DNA of 64,000 nt, taken from a virus. The stretch lies in the IMG/VR virus record IMGVR_UViG_3300020418_000005, positions 1 through 64,000 of that record; one strand, written 5' to 3'. The position numbers were made by a program, and so were the translations under genes. The notes under the pieces were generated by a model. That model was not told where the DNA came from. It made no database searches and worked only from the letters and a program-made list of their open reading frames with translations. Every line of letters begins with the position of its first letter. The first letter of the stretch is position 1. Of the stretch, positions 18,753 through 28,200 are shown piece after piece.

Positions 18753-19315
18753 TTATATGCAGGTCCTTGTGTCCACCCAACAAGAGAATGTCTAACACCT
18801 TTAGTCACTGGTTTAACTCTGTGTGGAGTATCAGCATGAAATATTATAACATCTTTCTTCTTTAATTGTACCACATTTTTTTCAGTTGTCTGTATCTCAA
18901 ATTCACCACCTTCAAAATCATCATTTAACATAACTGTAAAACTTATTTTACGTATCCTATTGTTAGGTCTTTTACCTTTTGTCCAACCCATCTCATCACA
19001 ATGCCAATCATAGAAATCACCTACATCATATTTTGTACGTTGTAGAGGTTCCATAAAATTTACATCTAAATTCCAATCACATTTGGTATTAGCAAAATGC
19101 ACAAGACCATCCATCATTGCATAGACTTCATCATTGTCTATCCAGCATAACTTTGAACTTCTATCTTTATTATGTTGTGCTTGATATTTGTTACCATCCC
19201 ATTGATCTGTCTTACCTGATTCATAATCTTGATATGGTTTTATTGCTTTTTCTAATTGTGGAAAGAAATCATCATCAAGATGGACTACCATGTATTGATG
19301 TTTAAATGAATTCAT
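18749..19315 (-). CDS. 2OG-Fe(II) oxygenase (PKHD/YbiX-like)
   Basis: FYDWHCD, RKISF, FEGGEF and HRVKPVTKGVRHSLVGW motifs; start revised to MNSFKH (ATGA overlap). Confidence 0.9.
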   Translation of the reverse strand: MNSFKHQYMVVHLDDDFFPQLEKAIKPYQDYESGKTDQWDGNKYQAQHNKDRSSKLCWIDNDEVYAMMDGLVHFANTKCDWNLDVNFMEPLQRTKYDVGDFYDWHCDEMGWTKGKRPNNRIRKISFTVMLNDDFEGGEFEIQTTEKNVVQLKKKDVIIFHADTPHRVKPVTKGVRHSLVGWTQGPAYK

Positions 19316-20994
19316 TTTTGTAATACCATAACATGTATACCATTCCACCAACCATTAGGATCTTCTGGAACTTTAGTTAGTATTTTTCTCTCAAATAATA
19401 AATTGAGTTTATGTTCTTTTATCCAGAACTCAGATGATTGCACAACACCCATAAAGTTTGCATCGTCAACAACAAGAATAAACTTGTCTGCAAATGCAGG
19501 AATTAAGAATGTAAGATTATCATACTGAGCTTGTGGATCGTGGTCTGCATCATAGAAAATTACATTAGGTTGTTTGTGTAAATCTCTAGGAGTTAGATCT
19601 TGAATTGTCTTAGCACAAAAATATTGTTTCTCTTGTAGTCCTGCCCAAAATATTTTCTTAGGATCTTCATATCCTTCTACTTCTACTTCATCTCTAAAAG
19701 GTGATATCTCTTTCTCAGAATAATTATCTATAGCAAATGATTCTACATCTCTATTCATAGTAGCAGCATAAAATGTGCTACCAGCATGAACTCCTAACTC
19801 CATGTAGATTGCATCAGGTTTAGATAATAAATTATTTAAAAAATGTCTTACTATATTAGATGACAGACCTTCATACTTATATCCTTCCTCTATAAAATTA
19901 CTTTCTCTCCTTGCTGCCTTATCAATAGATTCTAATACTAATTTAATATCGTCATCAAAATGTCTGTCGTTCTTTTTCATTCTAGATTGAACAACAGAAT
20001 CACAATAATTACAATCCCAACAGTCAAACTTACATGTCTTTATTTTTTCTCGCCATATATCAATTGGTCTCTCTTCTAAAGAAACGTCTTCAATATATTC
20101 ATTAAACTGTGGATGTAAAAGTTCTTCATTAGTTTTCCATCTATTAATAATAGACATACTTTCATAAAGACGCATAGCATTTTCTCTACCATGCATCTTG
20201 AATACATCTATACCAAGATCAATAAATTCTTCCCAGTCTTTCCTCCATGGAGGTATAGTTGCTGCTTTCAATGATGCTGCAGGATCTTTCTCATCCCATG
20301 TAGAACAAGATACTCTACTGATACTATCGTTAAAATATTGTGGGTCATCTTTCTCTCTTACCATATTATAATGGTAATGCTCTGGCATGATCGGGCATCC
20401 ACCCCAACACCACTCATTAGAAAGTAATGATATCTTGACAGGTTTACCTATAGATGCACAGTATTCTTTTGCTTTCTTAATTTTAAGTAGAGAATCTCTA
20501 TCACGCATAAGATCTCTGTCTAGATTGATATAATAGAATCCTGCCTTTGCAAGATTTACAATTTCATTTGGTCTAGTAACTTCTCTGAGTATAGTATTCT
20601 TTACTTTTAATTCTGGAAACTCTCTCTGTATCTGCCCAGTCAACATCCATGTTGTATGTGGTAGGGTAACTATACGAACACCATTGTCATACAAGAATCT
20701 AAAATTCTCAATAAAAATATCCAAGTTCTCTTGTGTAGGAGGAACTTGGATATTATTAAATGTTGCAGACAAAGGTATCCCAGTCTCCTGTGATACAAAC
20801 AAAGCATTTAAAGTTGTTTCTCTGATGTCACCATCAATTACGTCACCCATTGCATCTTGCGTAAAGGGTGGCATACGACAGGTAAAATAGATATCGTAGA
20901 TATATTCCTTATGTTCTTGTAGAAAAGGAATGAATTGGTTTACTACAAAATCCTCAGGTAATTTAGTATTAAGAGGTAGCGAGAAACTTGCCAT
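19312..20994 (-). CDS. Fusion of a peptidase-U32-family (putative Fe-S) domain and a class I SAM-dependent methyltransferase
   Basis: N-terminal part has INLDRD, NEWCWGGCP, VSC, DVFKMHGRE and CKFDCWDCNYC. C-terminal part has YMELGVHAGST, IFYDADH and VVDDAN (Methyltransf_24-like). Confidence 0.75.
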   Translation of the reverse strand: MASFSLPLNTKLPEDFVVNQFIPFLQEHKEYIYDIYFTCRMPPFTQDAMGDVIDGDIRETTLNALFVSQETGIPLSATFNNIQVPPTQENLDIFIENFRFLYDNGVRIVTLPHTTWMLTGQIQREFPELKVKNTILREVTRPNEIVNLAKAGFYYINLDRDLMRDRDSLLKIKKAKEYCASIGKPVKISLLSNEWCWGGCPIMPEHYHYNMVREKDDPQYFNDSISRVSCSTWDEKDPAASLKAATIPPWRKDWEEFIDLGIDVFKMHGRENAMRLYESMSIINRWKTNEELLHPQFNEYIEDVSLEERPIDIWREKIKTCKFDCWDCNYCDSVVQSRMKKNDRHFDDDIKLVLESIDKAARRESNFIEEGYKYEGLSSNIVRHFLNNLLSKPDAIYMELGVHAGSTFYAATMNRDVESFAIDNYSEKEISPFRDEVEVEGYEDPKKIFWAGLQEKQYFCAKTIQDLTPRDLHKQPNVIFYDADHDPQAQYDNLTFLIPAFADKFILVVDDANFMGVVQSSEFWIKEHKLNLLFERKILTKVPEDPNGWWNGIHVMVLQK

Positions 20995-21217
20995 AATCTA
21001 CGATCACTGCTTCCATATATAAATGTTCTTCACCAGGTTTATCTACTAAGATACCCTTGTGTGTCTCTGCTAGTTGCTCCAACTTTGATTGATCCAATTG
21101 TGGATATGTAATAGTGTCGCCACTTGTATCCCCTAATTCATACCTTTGCCATATAGCATGATGAATTACAGGCAATAGATCAAGATGTCTACTTGTTGGA
21201 TTAAAAAATCTATCCAT
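20969..21217 (-). CDS. Hypothetical protein (about 82 aa)
   Basis: Overlaps both neighbours; likely start is MDRFFNP. Confidence 0.65.
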   Translation of the reverse strand: MDRFFNPTSRHLDLLPVIHHAIWQRYELGDTSGDTITYPQLDQSKLEQLAETHKGILVDKPGEEHLYMEAVIVDYGKFLATS

Positions 21218-22046
21218 TTTCCCCTTGTAATTTGTATTGGTTTTCACCCTGTCCACTATATTTATGTTCTAACAGTTTAGGCATTACTATACCATCCTGT
21301 GCTAACTGTGCTTGTAACTTCGGTGCGATCATTTTATTTAGTTTGTCAATACCACCACCAATCATACCAGAATACTGAACAGCAACACCAAGTGTTTCTA
21401 CCTGATCTTCCTCTGGCATATCCATGATTGTAGTCATGTTACCAGAACCAATTCTACCATAAGAAATAATATCCATTGCTGCTTGTTTGCCCATACGAGC
21501 AATCCAATACATTCTTACTTCCTGATGATTCTCTTGACAATAATACTCTAAAGGATGCTCGTCGTCAACATATTTGTCAACAACATTTAAGAAATACTTT
21601 AACTCTAGTTCAGATTGCCTGAGTTTCCTTTTCCAAATACCAATATCATAATCATTTTTTTCCATATCAATTTGCATCAACTCTCTATCAAGTTCGTCAG
21701 GAAGCAATGGCATGTCCCTGTTCAATCTTTTTCTAAGAATCTCTGCCTTTCTAAGACTATTTCTATTCTCCATGTATGCATGATATCTAGTTTCTAGTTC
21801 CATCAATGCTTGACGGACTTTTCTCCATGGAGTTAATTGAGGGTCAGCAACAAAGTGCTCACACTCATACTCTGTCATACCACTATCAAAACGCATAGAT
21901 GCAGACAAGACATCAAAGTCTTTTTTAGTGAGTGCGAACTCGTCTACAAATGACTTTGATAAATGTATTTCGTTTGTGTCTGAACTTATTATATTTTTTA
22001 CGTCTGCAATTATATCTGAAAAATTAGCGTCAGAATTTAAAGACAT
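21210..22046 (-). CDS. Hypothetical helical/coiled-coil protein
   Basis: 278 aa with TPWRKVRQALMELETR and YWIARMGKQAAMDI..GRIGSGN segments; no function recognised. Confidence 0.8.
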   Translation of the reverse strand: MSLNSDANFSDIIADVKNIISSDTNEIHLSKSFVDEFALTKKDFDVLSASMRFDSGMTEYECEHFVADPQLTPWRKVRQALMELETRYHAYMENRNSLRKAEILRKRLNRDMPLLPDELDRELMQIDMEKNDYDIGIWKRKLRQSELELKYFLNVVDKYVDDEHPLEYYCQENHQEVRMYWIARMGKQAAMDIISYGRIGSGNMTTIMDMPEEDQVETLGVAVQYSGMIGGGIDKLNKMIAPKLQAQLAQDGIVMPKLLEHKYSGQGENQYKLQGENG

Positions 22047-22839
22047 AGGGTTCTACCTCATACTCTGGTTTGCGATCCCAGTCAGTATCAGATTTTGTTC
22101 TCCCCATCTCAATCGCTTGCTTTTGAGGCAACATGATACCAATGTGATCTTCATATAATATATTTAGGTCCCAAATTTCAGTGCAACTTTCAAATTTCTT
22201 TATTAGGATTTGATATTCTACTAGCATTGTAGATAGTTTATCTTCCCATGCTTCTGCATTTGCAAGTATCTTATTTGAAAGAGTGTCTTTGTCAATATGT
22301 CTTTCAGCAGATAGGTAGTCTAAGAAAGGAGTTTTACTACCACCTAGTCCTTTATTTTCTAACCATTCTCTTGCTTCATGCTTTTGGATTTCCCAAGATG
22401 CTACTTCTAGATCTGTAGTGTTCTTAAGATTCTTAAGACGTGTGTTGTATTCATCTTCAATAATTTCTTTTGCAAAATATATCATGAAGTCTACAACTTC
22501 TTTCTTAATTTCTGGTGTAAGTTCGATAGGAACTTTTAAAACTGGGTTAGCAGGAGTCCATGCATAACCAGCTGAATCAACCGATGCAGCAACCTTACCA
22601 AACGGTCTAATTTCTGAGAAGAAGTTTGATCCGTTATATGCTTGTGCTTTTGTAACTTCTAAGTATTTGTGTTCCCATTCTTTAGATATAGTTTGGAAAA
22701 CTGTTTCACTGACCTCTACACATGAGAAGTGCATCAACGAAAACATTTCGCTGTAGTGCAGTCTGGTATCCCCAGTAGCAGTCATGTTTACAAACTGTTC
22801 TGGATTGATTTCTTTTTCGTTGACGATTAAGTATCTCAT
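22030..22839 (-). CDS. Putative tail-fibre assembly/chaperone protein
   Basis: SWEIQKHEAREWL...TPFLDYLSAERHIDKDTLSNKILANA resembles tail-fibre-assembly helical domains; follows the putative tip protein. Confidence 0.55.
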   Translation of the reverse strand: MRYLIVNEKEINPEQFVNMTATGDTRLHYSEMFSLMHFSCVEVSETVFQTISKEWEHKYLEVTKAQAYNGSNFFSEIRPFGKVAASVDSAGYAWTPANPVLKVPIELTPEIKKEVVDFMIYFAKEIIEDEYNTRLKNLKNTTDLEVASWEIQKHEAREWLENKGLGGSKTPFLDYLSAERHIDKDTLSNKILANAEAWEDKLSTMLVEYQILIKKFESCTEIWDLNILYEDHIGIMLPQKQAIEMGRTKSDTDWDRKPEYEVEPYVFKF

Positions 22840-24125
22840 TATTGTGCTCGTTTAGCAGTTACAGAAGCGGATGCTGAACAGCAACCACCAGAAGATGTTC
22901 CATAATGTCCTTTTGGTCTAGTAGCAGCTGGCATATTTGTTTCAACGTCAGTGGAGTAATCCCACTTAGTTGTATGGTTGTTCTGCTGACCATCATATTG
23001 TCCCATCATGTATCCTTTGTCTTGACCCATCATCATATTTTCTTCACCATAAGCACGAACTTTAGTTCCGTTCTTAAGACCAGCTCCAGATGATCCACTG
23101 TATTTAGTCCAAGGTGATGTAACATTGTTACCAGTTCCACAGTAGAAGTGACCATACTTAGAAGGAAGTGGTTTACAAACTCCGTCAGGAGACATGTTAG
23201 ATGACCAACCAGCCCAACTATCGTTGGAATGATTGACGTAGTATCTACTACCACGGAAGGATGCCCAAGATCTATTCTCATCACCACAAGATGCAGTGTG
23301 GTCAGAACCAGAAGGTGAGTTACCTACCTGATACATGATCTCAGATGAGTAGTGAAGTTTACCTACAGCAGAGTTACCTCCACCTAAGTTGTAACCAAAC
23401 TGTTGTACCTGTGCAGTAGCAGTTGAGTTTCTATCTCGGTTAACTGGCATATTCCAACCACCAACAGTTGTATATCCCATAACTCCTCTAGGATCGTCTC
23501 CTTCCCAACCATATGGTGAGGTTGGAGAGTAAGTACCACCGCCTGGGTTTGATCCAGTAGTACCAAACATTCGTCTCATACCTGTGTGTAGGTTGATCGA
23601 GTCTGTAAAGTTAGAAGATCCCGTGAAAGAGTTAACGCAACCATGACCATACCCGAAGTAATCACTCCATGTACAGTCAGCGTAAGTAAGTGCTCTAGTT
23701 AGTTGTTCTCCACAATAGAAAGTAATATCATTTGCATGCCATGTTTTATTAACCGTTCTCCAAGGATTAGATCCTTTATACCCCGCCACCAGATAACCGT
23801 GTGTTATCAAACTTCTATATCTGAATCCTGTAAGAGGAGCAGATGCAACAGTCTGACCAGGATACGCCCAGAAAACACCGTTGCTTCCATCAGATACTAG
23901 ATAAGAACCTCTAGTTACATCAGCTGGTTCTGGAATACCACCACCAACTTCATCCCAGTCTGAACCATTCCAAATCTGTGCCTTACCTTCAGATGTATTG
24001 AAGATTAATTGACCTACGTTTGGTGATGCTGGTCTATTCGAGTTATTAAAAGATGGCAGTTTAAGACCTTGCGTCGTTAAACTCGCATTACCTGTTAAAA
24101 CTGTTCCAACTGTTAACTGAGACAT
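22839..24125 (-). CDS. Putative virion adhesin: fibre-type N-terminal module plus a repeat (beta-propeller/kelch-like) domain
   Basis: RPASPNVGQLIFNTSEGKAQIWNGSDW fibre module, then recurrent GYxxGG-like blades rich in G/S/Y/W. Confidence 0.6.
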   Translation of the reverse strand: MSQLTVGTVLTGNASLTTQGLKLPSFNNSNRPASPNVGQLIFNTSEGKAQIWNGSDWDEVGGGIPEPADVTRGSYLVSDGSNGVFWAYPGQTVASAPLTGFRYRSLITHGYLVAGYKGSNPWRTVNKTWHANDITFYCGEQLTRALTYADCTWSDYFGYGHGCVNSFTGSSNFTDSINLHTGMRRMFGTTGSNPGGGTYSPTSPYGWEGDDPRGVMGYTTVGGWNMPVNRDRNSTATAQVQQFGYNLGGGNSAVGKLHYSSEIMYQVGNSPSGSDHTASCGDENRSWASFRGSRYYVNHSNDSWAGWSSNMSPDGVCKPLPSKYGHFYCGTGNNVTSPWTKYSGSSGAGLKNGTKVRAYGEENMMMGQDKGYMMGQYDGQQNNHTTKWDYSTDVETNMPAATRPKGHYGTSSGGCCSASASVTAKRAQ

Positions 24126-24149
24126 GGTTACACTACTTTCCTATAAGTT

Positions 24150-24156
24150 TATTTAT
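24150..24156 (-). promoter_or_regulatory. Late promoter ATAAATA heading the adhesin-U32-oxygenase operon
   Basis: Lies at the only sizeable intergenic gap between 15250 and 25261; about 25 nt before the 24125 ATG. Confidence 0.6.
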
Positions 24157-24506
24157 GGTTTGGGATTGTTTTCTTTAACTTCTTTCACTTTCTCAAACCA
24201 CTTGGATGTTTCTTTGCCTGGTATAATACCAGCATCCATGTCATGATATAGCATATCCAATTGTTCTGCAAAATCTGGATACTCTTGTTTGCGAGCAAGA
24301 TCGTATGCAGTTGGTTCACGAACTATTTTTTGTAATTCATTTGTTGCTCGGTTGAATTCATAGTCAGCCTCGCCTAAACCTTTATCTATTTCTTCTAGAT
24401 ACTGCACCCACATGAAATCTTCATGTACCTCAAACTGGTCGTCTGATCCACCTTTCACGAACTGAAGTACAGTTCCGTTATGTTTATTTACAAGTACTTG
24501 ATACAT
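24153..24506 (-). CDS. Putative tail-fibre chaperone/assembly protein
   Basis: RKQEYPDFAEQLDMLYHD...WFEKVKEVKENNPKP is typical of genes following marine phage fibre genes; TAATG coupling to the upstream gene. Confidence 0.65.
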   Translation of the reverse strand: MYQVLVNKHNGTVLQFVKGGSDDQFEVHEDFMWVQYLEEIDKGLGEADYEFNRATNELQKIVREPTAYDLARKQEYPDFAEQLDMLYHDMDAGIIPGKETSKWFEKVKEVKENNPKP

Positions 24507-25261
24507 TAGGTATACTCCCATACGATTACGCAACCAGCACCACCGTTGCCATTATTATGTGCATATCCATTTTGTGAATAATATCCATAAGCACCACCAG
24601 AACCCCATTGTCCATGTGTGCTCTCTGCTCCATCGCTAGAGTTATGATGGTTAGATCCTGCCTTATGCCAAAATGTAGATCCACTACAACCTTCTCTATT
24701 AGAACCGTGTGACATTTCGCCAGGTCCGCCAGGTAGGTTTATATCTCCACCAGAGGCATCTCCACCTCTTCCTCCTTCATATGGGTTATCAGTGTAACCA
24801 CCTTGTCCACCAGAAGCAGAGCAATAGTTACCAAAAGATGAAGTTCCTCCAGATCCTCCTCTACCACCATTACGAGCATAACCACCGCCACCACCATATG
24901 TGTAGTTAACGCTGTTTACACCAGAAACATCAATGTATTTAATAGCAGTAGCTCCACCGCCACCACCAGCACCACGATAGTTGTTGTCATTACAACGACA
25001 ACCTCCACCACCACCAGTGACGTAAACTAATACATGATTACAACCAGATGGTTTTGTCCATGTACCAGATCCACCAGAGGTTGATCTATCTGCCCAGTTT
25101 CCATTCTGTGATGTATATGTTTTGATGCCAATTAAAGCACCAGGAGTTGTCATTTCAGAATAACCACTTCCATTCCATATTCTCAAATTATCGTTTTGCA
25201 GATCCATTATATTAACACCAGCGGTGTTTTGGATCTGGTCTACTTTTAAAATACCTGCCAT
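24506..25261 (-). CDS. Glycine-rich tail-fibre tip/adhesin protein
   Basis: MAGILKVDQIQ N-terminus, WTKPSG..VLVYVTGGGGG, GGTSSFG and GGAGCVIVWEY Gly-rich domain. Confidence 0.75.
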   Translation of the reverse strand: MAGILKVDQIQNTAGVNIMDLQNDNLRIWNGSGYSEMTTPGALIGIKTYTSQNGNWADRSTSGGSGTWTKPSGCNHVLVYVTGGGGGCRCNDNNYRGAGGGGGATAIKYIDVSGVNSVNYTYGGGGGYARNGGRGGSGGTSSFGNYCSASGGQGGYTDNPYEGGRGGDASGGDINLPGGPGEMSHGSNREGCSGSTFWHKAGSNHHNSSDGAESTHGQWGSGGAYGYYSQNGYAHNNGNGGAGCVIVWEYT

Positions 25262-25273
25262 CTTTAGATTCCT

Positions 25274-28200
25274 TTATACAATAGCCCAGTTACCACCACT
25301 ATTTATAGTGACTGTATAACCGTTAGCAATGGTGATAGGTCCTGCACTAACACAGTTAATGTTTGCAGGAATTGTTATATTCTCAGCAACAGTATTACTG
25401 TTTGACTTGAATATACCATAAGAGTCGATCCACTGTTTAACGCCATTAGCATATAGGAAACCGTTCTCTATGTTAGTATCTCCAGAAATATGTAACTGAT
25501 ATGTTGGATTAGTTCTATTAATTCCAACTCTAGATAATCTGTAAATATCTAGATTGTTAGATGCTTCTGTCCATCTAGATGTTACGAACTCAGAGTTGTT
25601 CTGGAACAACTGTCCGTTAATGTTCATATCACCTTGAACATTTAGATAGTAACTTCTAGTTGTGTTTGATTCAGAGTCAACACCAGATATTGCTGATGTA
25701 TTAATAGCAACTCTTCTGTCACCTCTAACATAAATTGCAGGAGTGCTATCCCAGTTCTGACCACCATTGTTTGTAGATGGTGTTATCTCAAACGCATTGT
25801 TATGACCAATCTGGTTACCAATTCTAAAGTTTCTTTGTGAGTTAGAACCTAAGAAGTATATTGGTGCACCAGAGTTATCATTAGCAGAATCTATATATGC
25901 ACCAGTAGTAAATCTTGCATTACCACCAACATCAAGAGTGTAACTTGGATTGTTATTATTAACACCAAGTCTTCTTTCAGCAACGATATCTCCAAATACT
26001 TTAAATCCAGTGAGTGCTTCTGATCCAAACAATTCCCATCCATCGTTCCATGGAGTACCAGAAATAGATCCATCTTGATGCTTATACTGGAATGTTCCTT
26101 GTTGAGTGTATCCTCCTTGATGATCACTAAATTTAATCTTAGCACCAACACCGTTACTACTGGTGCGAATTAGGATACCATCATTACCCTGTACGTGAAG
26201 TGTTGATGCTGGATTTGTAGTATTGATACCAACCTCATAAGCAGATACATCAACAAACAAAGCACCAGAAACATTAAGATCATTATTAACGTTAGTGAAA
26301 TTATTGAGGTTTGTAATACCAGCGACTGTAAGTCCAGAAGTACCACCAGTGATGTTCAATGAACCAGTCATTGTATCACCAGTCTTCAATACGTTAAGTG
26401 ATGCAGAACCAACTAAGTTTGCTGTAATTGTTCCAGCAGAGAAGTTACCAGATCCATCACGTTGTACAGCATAATTTGGTGTGTTGGAACTTGAGAATTG
26501 TATGTTACCTTGGTTCCAAACAACTTGGTTCTTAATTGTAAATCCGTCAGCATTTACAACATCAACGTTAAGAGAACCAGATCCTGCAGATGCATTACCA
26601 CCTGATGCTTCTATCTTAGCGTTGTAACTAGCAGCGAGCTGAGATGAGTTGAATAATATTCTAGGTGTAGTTGCGTTACCATCTTTTCTACCTAGTTGTA
26701 ACTGTCCAACACCACCATCACTATGTAAGTTACAAACTTCTAGTGTGTTACCATCTTCAATAGTAAAGTCATCAAACTCTACTCTGTTAGATGCAGTACC
26801 AACTGTTAGAGCACCAGCAAAATTACCAGATGTAAGTCTACCAATTAAGATTGTAAAATCATTGAAGTTATCATTAACATCATCATTTGTGATAACGTTG
26901 TCAATAACAAAACTACCAACACCCTGTGCGTTAGCATTGTAAAGGTTTACAGATGGGTTATTAGGATCGCCAGGTATGAATGGTGCTGTATTTAATATTT
27001 GACCTGAGACATATATTCTAAACTTAGGATCACCAGCAAATGCTTTGATCGTGACCTTATCTCTAAACTTAGTCTCACTAATAAATCTAGGAAGTCTATT
27101 ATCAGATAATGTTCCGTAGTTAATGTTTAATGCATTCTGATACCAAGCACCTTGTCTGTTGTCTAGTTTATCAGCATCCATTCCAGAATCAACACCATCA
27201 CTTAATGATGTCCATACCTTCGCCCATGAATTCCATGTGCTGACTCCATTACCAGAACCACGAAGATACATGTTGTCATCATTAGCAAATGCAAGTTGTC
27301 TTACACCACCAAACGATGCGTCAAAACCAGAGGCACCATTTCTTATAGTTAGAACTAAGTGCTTAGTAGATGTTCCAGTTCCAATACCTGTGTTAACAGA
27401 AGGATATGCAGTTCCTAATCCATTAGAACTGTTGAATACTGTGTTAGAAATAACACCCTCAACGAAACTGTTTGGATTTGGGTTAGAGGTTGGGTTGTTA
27501 GTACCAGTTTGTAATCTAATTGTGTTAGCAGAAGATCCACTAATATCAATACCATATATACCACCTAGTCTATCTTGTGGAACTTGTCCAGCGAATAAGT
27601 GGTTTGCATTGGTATAGTAATTACCTTGCTGTCCATCTAATAAGTCAGCATCCAATCCACTATCAGGACCAGTCTTAAGTTCAACAGATCCGTTTCCTGC
27701 TTGACCAATATTAAATTGTGATTTTTTATATCTGGAAACACCAATTGTTCCGTAGAGGTCAGCAGAAATTGTTAGGTCAGTAACCCTGTTAATATCAAGA
27801 GAAACGTTTGCATACTGTCTATTGACTGTACTTACTTTTGCATTTAATACTAAACTAGATCCACCACCAATTGATGATGGTGCAACTGTAATTGAGAAGT
27901 CAGCATTATATCCAGTACCACCATCAGTAACAGTAAGTTCTGTAACTGTATTACCAGAAACAACAATATTTGCTTTGAGTCCTGTACCAGTACCACCCTG
28001 TAAAGGTTGGTCAAAATATTGTCCGTTTGTAAATCCTGATCCGCCGTTTGCAATGATAACATCATCAACGAATCCACCCTGTGTAAAGGTAGACTCAAAT
28101 GTCATTGGTGATTCACCACGCTCAAACTCAATGATTGTTCCTAATGGAATATTTTGAGTAACTGGATTGTTCAATGCTATGGTTGTTAATCCAGCGGCAG

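Noticed and set aside
19312-20994. Annotation as a collagenase-like protease
   Set aside because: This is a legacy name for the U32 family. The Cys pattern, methyltransferase fusion and hydroxylase neighbours fit Fe-S hydroxylation better, though this is unproven.
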